Position numbers and translations under genes: made by a program. Below, piece by piece: positions 9,780-20,961 of a stretch of DNA of 64,000 nucleotides. Position 1 is the first letter of the stretch; every line of letters begins with the position of its first letter. This DNA is from Schizochytrium sp. TIO01. Lineage: Eukaryota; Protista; Bigyra: Labyrinthulomycetes. Where the stretch lies: the NCBI GenBank assembly GCA_004764695.1, contig SMSO01000032.1:3566483-3630482 (forward strand), read 5' to 3'. The notes under the pieces were generated by a model. The model was not told the origin of the DNA, did no database searches, and saw only the letters and a list, made by a program, of their open reading frames with translations.

Positions 9780-12428
9780 ATGCGGAGGCTGGGCAGCGGC
9801 TCGGGCGGCGTGCGAGGTGGCTCGGGCACAGGAAGCATCGCTATGGACCCCTTAGATCCTCTTTCGACGGCGTCGTTTGAAGACATTTCTGGGGAGCCTC
9901 AACTGCAGTCGGATGCGGACAAGGAACGAGCTTCACGAATTGTTACGCAAAAGATCCGCGACGAGTGGATCCGCGATCAGCTGCGATCTCGCAAAGATGA
10001 GTTCACGAATTACCATGATTTGAGGGTCTTCGTAGCTACCTGGAATGTTAACGGCAAGAAACCCAATGAGTCAATCGACGCCCTTCTTAGCGTCGGGGGA
10101 TCTGAGAGACCTGACATTTATGTTTGTGGTCTCCAGGAGGTCGTCGATCTCACTGCCAGCAATGTTGTTATGGACTCTGCGTCGAGGGAGCGGACGCAAC
10201 AGTGGATCGAGGCTATTACAGCCACACTCAAACGAAAATATGCTCACGAAGGCCACCATTATAAGCTTCTCACTGCCAGAAACCTTATCGGTGTCATGAT
10301 ATGTGTTTTTGTCAATCGCGTGCATGTGCCATGCATTCCGCGCGTATCCGTGCAGACGACGGTAACTGCAACTGGAGTGATGGGCATGGGCAACAAAGGA
10401 GGCGTGTCAATCCGTTTCCAGCTTTACGACACAACGTTCTGCTTTGTTTGTGCACATTTGGCGGCACATCGTGAGGCTGTGGAGGCTCGGAACACGGATT
10501 ACCGTAATATTATGACCAAATCGCTATTCAAAGACGATGCGCAAGCTCTTGTGAACAGAAGTGCTGAAGAGAGGTTATCCGCTCCAGCAGATGCCACGCA
10601 GCTTCTTCCTGATGGGCATGCGGTATATAACAAAGCAAACGAAGGGGCTCTAGGTGCCGTCAGTCCTGGCGTTAGAGGAGGCGGCTTGGCCCCAGCAACT
10701 TTGCCAGGTTTCGGAACTGTAAACCCAGATGATGCGGACGGAGATAGTGGAGATAATGGAAGCTCTGTAGGTGCAGGAAGCGAGGATGACTTGCAACAAC
10801 ATAGTTCGCTCAACCTTACCCCAGTGCTTGCGCAGGATACCTTTGGCATTTCAGACCATGACTACGTGTTTTGGCTGGGTGACTTCAATTACCGCATGGT
10901 TCTTCCGCATACGATAGAGGATGTCTTCAGGAGAGTTGATAGCAATGATCTAGGCTGGCTCCGTAAAAATGACCAACTTCTTACCGAGCAAGCTGCCGGA
11001 AGAGCATTTGTTGGCTTCAAAGAGGGTGAAATCCAGTTTCTGCCCACGTATAAATTCCAAACGGGGACGAATCAGTATGATCGAAGGCCAGAGAAGAAAA
11101 CTCGAGCGCCGGCATATTGCGACCGCGTTCTCTGGCGCGAGGTGAATGGAGCTGCGGCACGAATCTTGCAGTATGTAAGCTGTCCCACCATGACCATGTC
11201 AGATCACAAACCGGTAATTGCGCTTTTTGATGCGCGCGTAAAAGAAGTAGTGCCTTCAAAGCGGACGGTTGTGTTTCACGAAATTGCTCGTCAGCTCGAT
11301 CGCTGGGAAAACGCAGAAAGACCACAGCTACAGGTTGAGCCTCAGACAATAATGTTTGAAGGTGGCCTCCGCTACATGGAGCGTCGAGAGGAGACAATTT
11401 TGCTGACTAATACGTGCAACGTGCCGGTCGCGTGGCGCTTCACTTCGAATATGGAGGACAAGGCAATTTGCAAGCCTTGGCTCCGTCTTGACCCTGATTT
11501 TGGCCTCATACCCCCTGGGGAACGTGCCGAAATCCGAGTGGTCGCTCTGGTTGAGCACACCACAGCGCGTGCCTTGGCGGCCGGGGCTGATGAACTTGAT
11601 GACATCCTCGTCTTGCGCCTTGAAGGAGGTCGTGACCATTTTATCTGTGTTTCGTCGAGCTTTGCTCCAACATGTTTTGGTGTAGATCTACCAAGGCTTG
11701 TACGGACACACCATGCATTTGCAGCTTCCGCCGACGACATTAAATTGTGTAGACTAGAGCGAGAGGCTCGTCTCGGTATGGCACTGGCAGCCCAGCCATT
11801 GCGACTGCCAAAGGAGCTTTGGTGGCTTTGCAATTTTTTGTGGAACTTTGATCTTCTTAAGGTTTCTCAGATTTTTGTTTGGAGCGCCCGTTTGGCCACT
11901 GCTGATAACTTGAGGACTGTGCGAAGGGCAATTGATGCAGGGCATGAACTAGTGCCGGAAGATGAAGATGGTGCCAGTATAACTGCTGGCCATGCAATGG
12001 CTCATGCTGTTGCAGCTATTATCATCGAGTTTCTCCAAGCACTTCCTGAACCTGTGGTACCTGTGTCATTATTTCCTCGTTTTGACATGGACAGTCAGTC
12101 AATGGACGTTTGGGGCCGTAGGTTTCTCGACCAGCTCCCTCCACTTAACCACAACGTTTTCATTTACATCATTACCTTCCTCCGGGAAGTAGTAAAAAAT
12201 CAACCGTACAATGATGTACAGCCAACAGAGCTTGCGACCTTGTTTGCGCATGTACTATTGCGTCCAAGCGAGGTATTAATGAAGCAAAAGGAGACGTCCA
12301 TGCAAGCCAATGTGCCGTTTGACCTTCCTACGTGGGTTACCGGAGAGAAGAAGGAGTCTACACTTTTACAAATGGCCGAGACTCTAATAATGCATTTCAT
12401 CCAGGCTGACCGAGCTTTTGCTATGTAA
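9780..12428 (+). CDS. OCRL: OCRL/INPP5B-type inositol polyphosphate 5-phosphatase with ASH and RhoGAP-like domains
   Basis: 5-phosphatase motifs TWNVNG, GLQE, GNKGGV, FWLGDFNYR, PAYCDRVLW, SDHKPV; ASH-like segment (DDILVLRLEGGRDHFI); RhoGAP-like tail (LPKELWWL, FLQALPEPVVP). First ATG at 9780. Confidence 0.93.
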   Translation: MRRLGSGSGGVRGGSGTGSIAMDPLDPLSTASFEDISGEPQLQSDADKERASRIVTQKIRDEWIRDQLRSRKDEFTNYHDLRVFVATWNVNGKKPNESIDALLSVGGSERPDIYVCGLQEVVDLTASNVVMDSASRERTQQWIEAITATLKRKYAHEGHHYKLLTARNLIGVMICVFVNRVHVPCIPRVSVQTTVTATGVMGMGNKGGVSIRFQLYDTTFCFVCAHLAAHREAVEARNTDYRNIMTKSLFKDDAQALVNRSAEERLSAPADATQLLPDGHAVYNKANEGALGAVSPGVRGGGLAPATLPGFGTVNPDDADGDSGDNGSSVGAGSEDDLQQHSSLNLTPVLAQDTFGISDHDYVFWLGDFNYRMVLPHTIEDVFRRVDSNDLGWLRKNDQLLTEQAAGRAFVGFKEGEIQFLPTYKFQTGTNQYDRRPEKKTRAPAYCDRVLWREVNGAAARILQYVSCPTMTMSDHKPVIALFDARVKEVVPSKRTVVFHEIARQLDRWENAERPQLQVEPQTIMFEGGLRYMERREETILLTNTCNVPVAWRFTSNMEDKAICKPWLRLDPDFGLIPPGERAEIRVVALVEHTTARALAAGADELDDILVLRLEGGRDHFICVSSSFAPTCFGVDLPRLVRTHHAFAASADDIKLCRLEREARLGMALAAQPLRLPKELWWLCNFLWNFDLLKVSQIFVWSARLATADNLRTVRRAIDAGHELVPEDEDGASITAGHAMAHAVAAIIIEFLQALPEPVVPVSLFPRFDMDSQSMDVWGRRFLDQLPPLNHNVFIYIITFLREVVKNQPYNDVQPTELATLFAHVLLRPSEVLMKQKETSMQANVPFDLPTWVTGEKKESTLLQMAETLIMHFIQADRAFAM

Positions 12429-12866
12429 ACTTGAGACTCTTTCTTGATTTTATAAGTACCAAATCGCTGTTACAAGAGCTTTCACATATATAGCACCTTT
12501 GTTGATTAAATACGTTTCCGCGGTCTCTTGAGCAACATATAGTTATCCTTTTAAAATTAAACTTTTGAGAAGCTACAATTTGGTTACAAATGCAAAAGCC
12601 TTCGTACATCATTTACAACAGAACTCGATTGCAATCTGATTTGTAAAAAGTTGAAAATTCGATTGAATTGATAATTAGTTCCTCGAGGTATTACAAATAT
12701 TTTATTTTGAACAAGTGCCATGGGTACCAGCTGATGAATATAACACAGTGAGAATAACATATACATATTAGTCACCCAAGTGAGCTTCGTACTCAAGAAC
12801 AATGAGCCGGCAGGATGCCATCCTCATAGTTCTCTAGAGTTAGACAACCCAACTTGAATCGCAGTC

Positions 12867-12881
12867 ATGACGTGGACCAAT
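12867..12881 (-). promoter_or_regulatory. Composite ERSE-II + UPRE element (ATTGGTCCACGTCAT) upstream of the bZIP gene
   Basis: Plus strand ATGACGTGGACCAAT; its reverse complement contains ERSE-II (ATTGG-N-CCACG) overlapping UPRE (TGACGTGG on the plus strand). Confidence 0.6.
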
Positions 12882-13200
12882 AACAACACAGCGTAACGAT
12901 GGTGAAGGATCTCAAAAGAGGAAGTTTGGCTGCGGCTCCTCATCTGCGGTTCATCTTGAGCTCCACATCATAAAAACCTACCTCCGTTCTTCGATGAAAT
13001 CAAACAACATAGAACAGAACAATCAAAGTGTACTTCAACTCTCCAACTTCTTTTTCTCAAAAGAACCCATGCCCATATAAAGCACCCCCCAGCTTGGACA
13101 TGATGTTCCACTTCGAATACGGTGCATAAGGGTTCTTTGGCGTTCCATAACGTTCAAAATACTTTTAATTTAATACACCCCCCCACATCATGCACTGCGA

Positions 13201-13209
13201 CCACGTCAT
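13201..13209 (+). promoter_or_regulatory. Second UPRE/CRE-like bZIP site (CCACGTCAT)
   Basis: CCACGTCA is the reverse complement of TGACGTGG; lies about 670 bp upstream of the bZIP ATG. Confidence 0.45.
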
Positions 13210-13869
13210 TAGTCTCGTCTCACAATAAGCTGGGAACTTCCAAAAGGCGAAAGAGACGGAAGAAGAGGAAATGGGTCATATAGGAGATAATATGGGGGCG
13301 AAAAGGGTTCCGCACTTTGAGGGAAGTTGCCCTTCTAGCCGAAACTGTAGTGGGACCGGTACGGTGCTGGGTTCTGTAATAAGTGGCTGGTCTGCTGGGC
13401 GGACATATGCTCTATGGGTAGAGGGACAACTAGTACAAGACAAGGTGTGCGATTAGGTAAGGCAGGGCATAATGAGTCATTAGAGTTTCTGGTATGAAGA
13501 TTAGGGACTCTGCGCTTATCAGTGTTTTTGTTTGAAGGAAAAAGGTAGAAAAGAAAGCGATTGTTTGAGCGAGAGCGAGCAAACCTTCAATTCTGCCCAC
13601 TCACTCTCGCGCGGGCTCCCTTGCGCTACCGGCCTCTGCGCCTAATTGTGCAGAAGGCGCCGCTGCGTCTTGGATCCTTGCTAAGCCGGATTTCTAAATA
13701 AGGTGGACCTGACACCAAGTCGATCCCCCGCTCGCCTCGTGTTTGCTGGGTGCTCTGCTGGATAGACCTCGAACTGGTGCTTGAGATAACGTGAAGTAGG
13801 AGAGCACTTGCCTTCTTTGCTAGGTTTCGAAAACCAAAAACCTATCGAGAATTCACAAAGTGCCTCACG

Positions 13870-15300
13870 ATGGGTCTCGATTATGTCGCACCGACTCCCA
13901 TTGACAATTACTGTCGTCCTGAAATCGAGAGACAAACGGAGCCGAGCGACATTTGGCTGGAATCCCTTCTCGATGTGAATGATGCTGAGATTGAAAAGGC
14001 TGCTGCGGAGATGTCTGATGAGTTCAACAGCTCCAGTAGTGACTCCGAGGGATCCACCTCTACATCCCCTTTCAATGAAACTGACCCCGGACTGCTTTTG
14101 AATAACTTTGATTTTCCGGACGTCGATTTTGACGCTGCGGATCTGTCATGCGACCCGGCCACTTGCTTTGACTCTTCCCTGCCACCTAGCTTTGAGCCAG
14201 TAGCGATGAGCCAACTTGGTAGCCCCTCAGATGGAGACTTACTTCGAGAGGATCACACCTTACCCGCTCCATATGACAGAGTGCAGGTACATCGGCCAAT
14301 GCCAGAGATTGCTGCTTCACTCACAGGAAGAACCTCCGTCTCTATGTCTTCGCCCTCTGCAACCCCTCTGCGTGCAGCACATGAATCCCGCTCACCAATG
14401 GCATCTAGCACTTCATCTAGCTCTACTTCAACAGCTGCAACGACACCAAACCTACCCACGTCCTCGAGTCTCAAGCGCTGCAAACGTAAATCTATTCCTG
14501 GCACGACCGATGCTGCTCGCTCCAAGCGTCGCGTAAGCAGCAACGCGAGCACCCGGTCTTCACGTAGCTCAACTTCTGGGTACAGTTCTTCAGAAACCTC
14601 GGAGCCCCCATTCAACGCTGGAGTTCAACCCACTGCGGAAATGGTCCAGCAGATGAAACTCAAGAAGAAACGCGAACGCAATCGTATTCTGGCTGCAGAA
14701 TCCCGTCAGCGTCGCAAGAACCACATGGACACCCTCGAGCGCGAAAATGAAGATCTCCGCAATCGCGTCAAAGAACTTGAGGCCGAGGTCGCACATTTAC
14801 GCTCAGGCTACAGCAACGCCACTGTTCCTTATGCCAGTGAAGAAGACGCCCGCGCACGCGCTCATGCCATAACTATGAAGGGTACCAAACTTGGCACGGC
14901 AGCCATGGCGGTAGCCATGTCGATGGTAGTCTTTACAGATAGCACTCAGGGAGAGTCCTCAGCCAGTTCATACGAGATGATTAGTTTCTGGGCGCTGGGC
15001 CTTGATGTCCTCTCAGGCACTGGGGTTGCCCTTGACAGTCTATTCTCTCACATGATCACTCTCTTGATTGGTATTGCGATATCATTGACTATTGTTGGCA
15101 TCTACTATTACCGTGTTTTGCATGCCAAGCATGAAAGTAAGGACCACGAGTCACAAGACCTCCCGTTTACCCGCAAGTCTCTTAGTCATCACTCAGGGTG
15201 CCCTGCAAGCGCACCCTTCCCTGCAAGAGACACAGGTATCTGTACTTCTGGCTCTTTGTGGGGGGGCTCAATGTCTTCTTCAAGTCTCCGTTCACGCTGA
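13870..15300 (+). CDS. Membrane-tethered bZIP transcription factor (bZIP60/ATF6/CREB3-like architecture)
   Basis: Acidic N-terminus; basic region KKKRERNRILAAESRQRRK followed by a heptad zipper (L..L..L..L); then hydrophobic segments GTAAMAVAMSMVVF and ITLLIGIAISLTIVGIYYY. Confidence 0.88.
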   Translation: MGLDYVAPTPIDNYCRPEIERQTEPSDIWLESLLDVNDAEIEKAAAEMSDEFNSSSSDSEGSTSTSPFNETDPGLLLNNFDFPDVDFDAADLSCDPATCFDSSLPPSFEPVAMSQLGSPSDGDLLREDHTLPAPYDRVQVHRPMPEIAASLTGRTSVSMSSPSATPLRAAHESRSPMASSTSSSSTSTAATTPNLPTSSSLKRCKRKSIPGTTDAARSKRRVSSNASTRSSRSSTSGYSSSETSEPPFNAGVQPTAEMVQQMKLKKKRERNRILAAESRQRRKNHMDTLERENEDLRNRVKELEAEVAHLRSGYSNATVPYASEEDARARAHAITMKGTKLGTAAMAVAMSMVVFTDSTQGESSASSYEMISFWALGLDVLSGTGVALDSLFSHMITLLIGIAISLTIVGIYYYRVLHAKHESKDHESQDLPFTRKSLSHHSGCPASAPFPARDTGICTSGSLWGGSMSSSSLRSR

Positions 15301-17862
15301 TTGGTTATGATTTCCGATCTTGCATTTTTAGGAGTGTTCTTTCATAACATGTGTTCTGAATTGCCTCCTACTTCGGCCACATCTTTGGCTGCACATCAAG
15401 CTCAGCGAGGAGTGAATAGCGCGCAACCCCCATGTGATTCTCCTGCTTGTTCTCGTTCTCCTTTCAATTTGCTCTGCGTTTGTACTACTACGACTACTTC
15501 AACCTTACTCTGCTTCTGTTCATCTTCAAAGTTCATGTCTCTTTTTGTAAAATTATAAATCAAACTCGACTCATTTATACAATCTGCTTATATCACAGAA
15601 TATCTTGGTTCTCAACAGATTGATCATTACATCTTTGGTATATGATGATGTTTCATGTCTAAACAAAACAAAAACACCTATGCGGGCTTGCCTTACCTCT
15701 TACAAGAGACTGCACCTATGAAAACGTATATAACCTCCACATGATACCCCATATAAATGACACATTATAATTATTCAGGCCTTTGCTAAGAAGTAGACGA
15801 GGTAAGAAATTGGCACGGCCAAGGAACCACCAAGCTAAAACCACTCTACGTGAAGGAAACCTTCAATACAAGCCACCCAAGTACTTCAATCAGAAGGTTG
15901 TCGTATCAGGACGTGCTTTGGGCGCTTCCTCGGATACAATCGCATGTATGCAAATTACGGCACTAAGCGTACCTACGGCTGCGGTTTGCTCCAGCAGCCG
16001 CGAGCAATGCAGCACTGATCGAACCATTATCTACATCAAAGTGTCCTCCGCCGAGCAAAAAAGGCTTCAAACGCCAGGTTGGTGATTTCTAGCGTGCTAT
16101 TCAGACGCCTCCACCATCTACAAAAACATCGGTAGAGGAGTCAACTTCATCAGGCCAGGCTTGCCCGCCCTACTGATTAACGGCAAGCTTGTACTTTGGC
16201 TCTGTAAAATCTACGGTGTTATCCTTTTGCCTAAAACTGAAATCTTAACAAGCTAACATGATTGATCAAAACCAAGACACCTCGAATGATGTTTTGTTAA
16301 TGGGCTTCTGACAAACGCTCTTTCACAAAGCCGAGCTTTTCTTCTGCCACTAGTGTAAACTGGTTGGTTGCCGAGATGACTGCACTTCGAAACCATGCAA
16401 TGAATGTGGTACCATGCACGACAACCTCGGAACATCCAAGGTTTGCAAATACCCCCAATAATCCGAACATGCGGCTGATCGTGAAATCCACGCCACCAGA
16501 GGCTTTCCTTTGCGCTACCTATCCAAGGACACGATTTAAGAATTTGTTTTTGAGTCGCGAGTTAGTTTTTAACTTTCAATTGGGCCTTCGTGACCCACGT
16601 GGTCGCCGTAGGAGATGCAAGTTTTGCAGAACTTTAGTGGTTAACTACTGAGTGATGCGTAAACAGAAATTCAATACATTGAAGCGTTCCACTTTTTTCT
16701 AAATTCATGATGCACCTCGTTGTTTGCAACCTAAGTAGTTGATCCTCTTCTTCAATAACGAACGTGATAAATCGTCTATCTATGTAGTAAGCATGCATAG
16801 GCTGGAGCAAGCAATTCTAAGGTTTTTGGTCCGGGATCAAAAGAAAGTGAACTTAGAGTAAAGAGCATTTTGACCTCTGCTCTTGCACAAGCCAATCGGT
16901 GGTTCTTTTCCTTCCAGCGTGGCCAGCAACATCCATTCCTAACACGCTCCACGCAAACTCTCGCTTAAAGCGCCGCTTATGCATAGGGTGTGTGCTCACT
17001 CCACCCTGGAATGCGGGCTTCACAGCAAGACCCCGACTCCGAGATGAACTTGACGTCTATTCTTGAGAACAGATTCCATCGCTCCACGTAAGCAACATAA
17101 CGTCTAGATGGCAGTTCACCTCCGCGAAGTCATACGTGGATAGGTACACCGTTTCTAAGTCTTGGTTGGTTTCCCATTCCTTCAAACGCTCTGCTGAACA
17201 TGAACTGTATCGCAAGGAACTTTTTTAATTGGTAAAGCGATCGATCGACAATGGTGATCATAACTCTTGAAGCTTAGTAAACCATCATTACCCAGAAACT
17301 ATTCCCATCAGTCCTTTGCGCTGCGTATGCAATCACATCATCGGTACCTAGGTTCCCTCTGAAGTGGCACTGCCAATCTTGTTTATCGAGCATAACTAAA
17401 CAACAGAAATTGCAAAACTTTTCAAGTATCGTAGGAAAACTATTTATTAGGTAGGAGGAGGTGGAGAAACAAAAACAGCGACAATAACCAAATTGGAATT
17501 GAGATTTCTTGTCAATCACTCCTGCTCTAGCTAGAGAAAAGTTGATACCCTTCAACACTCCGCCCTCTCTGTTGCTACTTCCCTCTGCGGTTCTGTGCTG
17601 CCTCGCCGCGAACTCGTGGAGCTCTGGCGGCTTCGCGGCGGATTTGCTCACCTGCGTTTCTAGGCTGACGAGAAACTCTTAGGTAGCTTTGATTGCTCTT
17701 TGGCCGTGCCTGAGGACGACTTGAACGCTGCTTGGCGGTATCGAAGACAGAGGCAGTTGAGAAATCTTCTAGCTCTGGTCGGTGAGATCTACTGTGAGTT
17801 GTTCCCGCTGATTAGAGCATCTAGAGCGATATTTGCTGATTGAATTACAGAACGAAGCTACC

Positions 17863-18639
17863 ATGAGCAGGACGGGGCTTCAATACGAGATTTACCATGC
17901 CACTGAGAACCAGCTTGAGGAGGCGATTGACGAGCAAGAGGGGATCGTTGTAGTGTTCAAGCGTGGTAACACAGAAGAAAGCTACCGTGAGGAGCTTGCT
18001 CGCTTGCTACGAGGCTGCAGCCGCATTGGTCTCCAGGCATTTGAGTGGGAGAGCTTTAGCAATATGTCGCTATCGAGCTATGGCGAAGGTCGTCTGCTTG
18101 GCCCACCGCCGTCTGTGACTGGTGTCATTCCTGAGGAGGAGCTCATGCAAGTAATGGTTGAGTGCGCCAAAGATGTGCGTTACTCAGGCAGCTCTGAGCG
18201 GAACCTTGCAATCACAGCAATGTTGGCGCATGGCGTCTTCACTATGTTGGCATTGGGCTTCATTCGGGAGGGCACGCTTTTGCTGCTTTGGCTTTTATTA
18301 GACCCTTTGATTCTGTGGTTTGGATCCCTTGTGGCGCTTGAGATCTACAATTGGAAGAAGTACAACAAACCTTTCAAGATTTCACTGCGCGGTCCTGCAC
18401 GAAGATATCGAAACCGCATTGAGGCTCGTTTAAATGAGCTCAATGAGCGATACCCAAAGCTACTCTTTGAACACCATTGGAACTGGATCCAGCTTAGCCA
18501 TGGCCATATGGAGCTTGTGTCCGTGCGTGCTCGTGAGAGCTTGCCTCACAACGAGCTCTCTGCTGGAATCAACGAGGATGGTCTGGAGACGGCCACTTCT
18601 TTCAGCATGGAGCAAAATAGTCTCCTAGATCATGTATGA
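17863..18639 (+). CDS. Hypothetical membrane protein with a hydrophobic hairpin (weak Erf4/Golgin-A7/CHIC-like resemblance)
   Basis: ATG in ACC-ATG context at 17863; two adjacent hydrophobic stretches. PPSVTGVIPEEELM and IEARLNELNERY loosely recall the Erf4/CHIC family. Possible 5'-UTR intron 17782-17850 (GTGAG...TACAG). Confidence 0.7.
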   Translation: MSRTGLQYEIYHATENQLEEAIDEQEGIVVVFKRGNTEESYREELARLLRGCSRIGLQAFEWESFSNMSLSSYGEGRLLGPPPSVTGVIPEEELMQVMVECAKDVRYSGSSERNLAITAMLAHGVFTMLALGFIREGTLLLLWLLLDPLILWFGSLVALEIYNWKKYNKPFKISLRGPARRYRNRIEARLNELNERYPKLLFEHHWNWIQLSHGHMELVSVRARESLPHNELSAGINEDGLETATSFSMEQNSLLDHV

Positions 18640-19431
18640 GTAATTACCCCTGCCAATGAATCTGATCTTTTCTGTGTATGCTACATCTTGCTTTGAAATT
18701 CTTGCTATGATATCCCAAAATTGTTTTGCTGATTCAGAGATTTTACTTTAAAAAAGAAAAGAAAAAGGAATTACCGTGACCATTCCTGAGGCGTAATGAA
18801 TGTTCCTTCAAGGAAGAGTGAGGTCACTGGTAAAGAATAGCCAGCAAATTTTCATACATTTTTTTTTCTCTCCCTGAGTGTTGTTTTCTTTGCTAGAAAG
18901 TAAATTTTGTACAAACTTCTGCAGTGTTTGATTCACAATAAGGGAGATCCTTTTATTTTTTATTTAATTCATTTTTCAGGTGGTTGCACACACACAATAA
19001 TTAGATTTGGTAGATGGTGGATTGCTTCCGATGCTTTCATTTTGCTTTTGCTTCTTGATTTTTGTTGATGATGATTCACTCTCATACTGATAATACATTT
19101 TAAAATGACCTGCCAAGTCTATTGAAGAACCCTTTTATTGCGATCAGTGCACTGGGTCTAACGATTTGCAGAGTCAGCAACGCGCGTCTTCAGTTTGTGA
19201 AAGCAGGAAGTATAGCCGGGCAATTTGGATAGCTATGAACAGGATAGCGAATGTGCAAGCAATGAATTGAAGAACCAAGAGCAGCAATTCGATTCCCAAC
19301 TTGTTCCATAGTAAATTGAGTCTAGATGCTCTAATTCAGATGACATTCAAGCACCATTCAATCCACAGAAACAGCTTCATCATCCAAAAATGTAGAGCAG
19401 AAACATCACACTCAACCCTACACCCATTAGC

Positions 19432-20085
19432 TTAGGTACTCGAGTTAACGTGGTCCCAGCCCAAGACACCAAGCGCTCCCTGAAGATCCTCTTTTGTGAG
19501 TGACACTAGTTTATTTGGGTCATGCACATTTTCACGTACACGGGCACCTCTCTTGGCCTCATGCATGAGTCCTTGGCAGAACACATCAATGATTTGGCTC
19601 ACAGCGACGATGCCATCTCCTTTAAAGGAAAACCTTGATTTCTTTTGCAGCAGGTCCATGCGGTCATTGTCAACATTAGCGTCAGCTCCAGCTCTATTAG
19701 TGGCGATCGCCGTGCTGGCAACCTCACCACGACCTTGGGCTTCACGCACAAACCTCGCAATACGAGATTTGTATTTGCTTTTGGACGCGGAGAAGTAGTC
19801 AGAATAAAGTTTTTCATCGAGGCTTGTACGCGGCACCTTGGGCTCGTGCTTCAGAAACGAAGTGTTTGCGTCGAGCTCTGAGAAAAGACGCTTCTTATTG
19901 GGGGCGTCTGCTCCGTTTGCGCTGTTACTGGCACGAGCCTTCTGGCCGCGCTTGGGTGCGCTGGAGGCGGAGTTCAAGGCACCAGCGGGCATTGATGCCG
20001 CAGGGCCCTTGCCGGCGATACTGGAAGAGCTGGCCTTGCTTGAGGCGGAGGCCTTTCCACGGGATGCAGGCTTCGAGGAGACCAT
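19432..20085 (-). CDS. Histone-fold protein, TAF10-like C-terminus, with Ser/Ala/Lys-rich N-terminal tail
   Basis: Helix VAVSQIIDVFCQGLMHEA followed by VSLTKEDLQGALGVLG, resembling the TAF10 end motif TLTMEDLxxALxEYG; ATG in good context. Confidence 0.6.
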   Translation of the reverse strand: MVSSKPASRGKASASSKASSSSIAGKGPAASMPAGALNSASSAPKRGQKARASNSANGADAPNKKRLFSELDANTSFLKHEPKVPRTSLDEKLYSDYFSASKSKYKSRIARFVREAQGRGEVASTAIATNRAGADANVDNDRMDLLQKKSRFSFKGDGIVAVSQIIDVFCQGLMHEAKRGARVRENVHDPNKLVSLTKEDLQGALGVLGWDHVNSST

Positions 20086-20961
20086 GGATGCTTAGCGAGG
20101 GTCTCGCGATAATTTATCGACAGGACGGGTTTACCTTCGCGTCGTGAGTGGGAAGGAGAAATGGTTTTGACTTCTTTTGCCTAGCCTGTTCATCTGATGA
20201 GTGAAACGGAACGGGAGATCGAAGAACACAAGGGAAGAAAGCAAACAGCTTAATCAAAAACACAGTATAGGGGTGAGGGAGTTCCTCGCAGTGCCTAGGT
20301 AGTTTCCGAGAGACTAGTTCTGAAGGCCCGTCTGGTATTGCGACCGCTCCTTCAAATTCAAGTCTTTGTCTGTTTTACTTTTATTTTCGATGTCATGGGT
20401 ATGGATGGTTTTAGTAGGTACTAGCTAATATGTCTATGACCTTAAAAAGAAAAGAAAAGAAAAATAAAAAATAAAAAAAACTGTTTGAAAAGAATTGAGA
20501 TTATGAAACGAAGTTTTCTCCAAAATGGATGAGTGAAGCAATCGACCATTTGGAAAGACTTGAAGAATAGCCAACCAGTTTGTGACAGAGGCCACATAAA
20601 TCTTTTATCCATGGAGATAGTCACGATAATGTGGGGCGTTATCCATGCGTGCTCCTCATGATTCATTTGCAAATGTGTAAATGTTTTGTTTATTTTCTTG
20701 GTGGCATTTATTTTGGCAACGAGCGAGGATCTCAATCTAATCTGGAGTAATGAGAGTTGTGACTATGCGGGAGTGCCTGTCCGGGAAGAAAATGTTTGGA
20801 TTGGAAAGAAGTCAAGATAAAAGGATTTGAGTTTCTATGTTTATTAGAGAATAAGATAAGGACACAGGTCTAACAGTTTGTTGTTGTGGACGCAAAGACT
20901 ATGGAGAAGAGTAGCCGTGTAGTTCTCTCCTTCAGATGAGACGCCATGAACAGATTCAGGT

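Noticed and set aside
15196-15230. Twin CCTGCAAG motifs, the first in a GGGTGC/GCACCC hairpin, as IRE1 sites
   Set aside because: The loop is 9 nt, the spacing is 18 nt (in frame), and they lie downstream of the TM codons, so excision would not free the bZIP.
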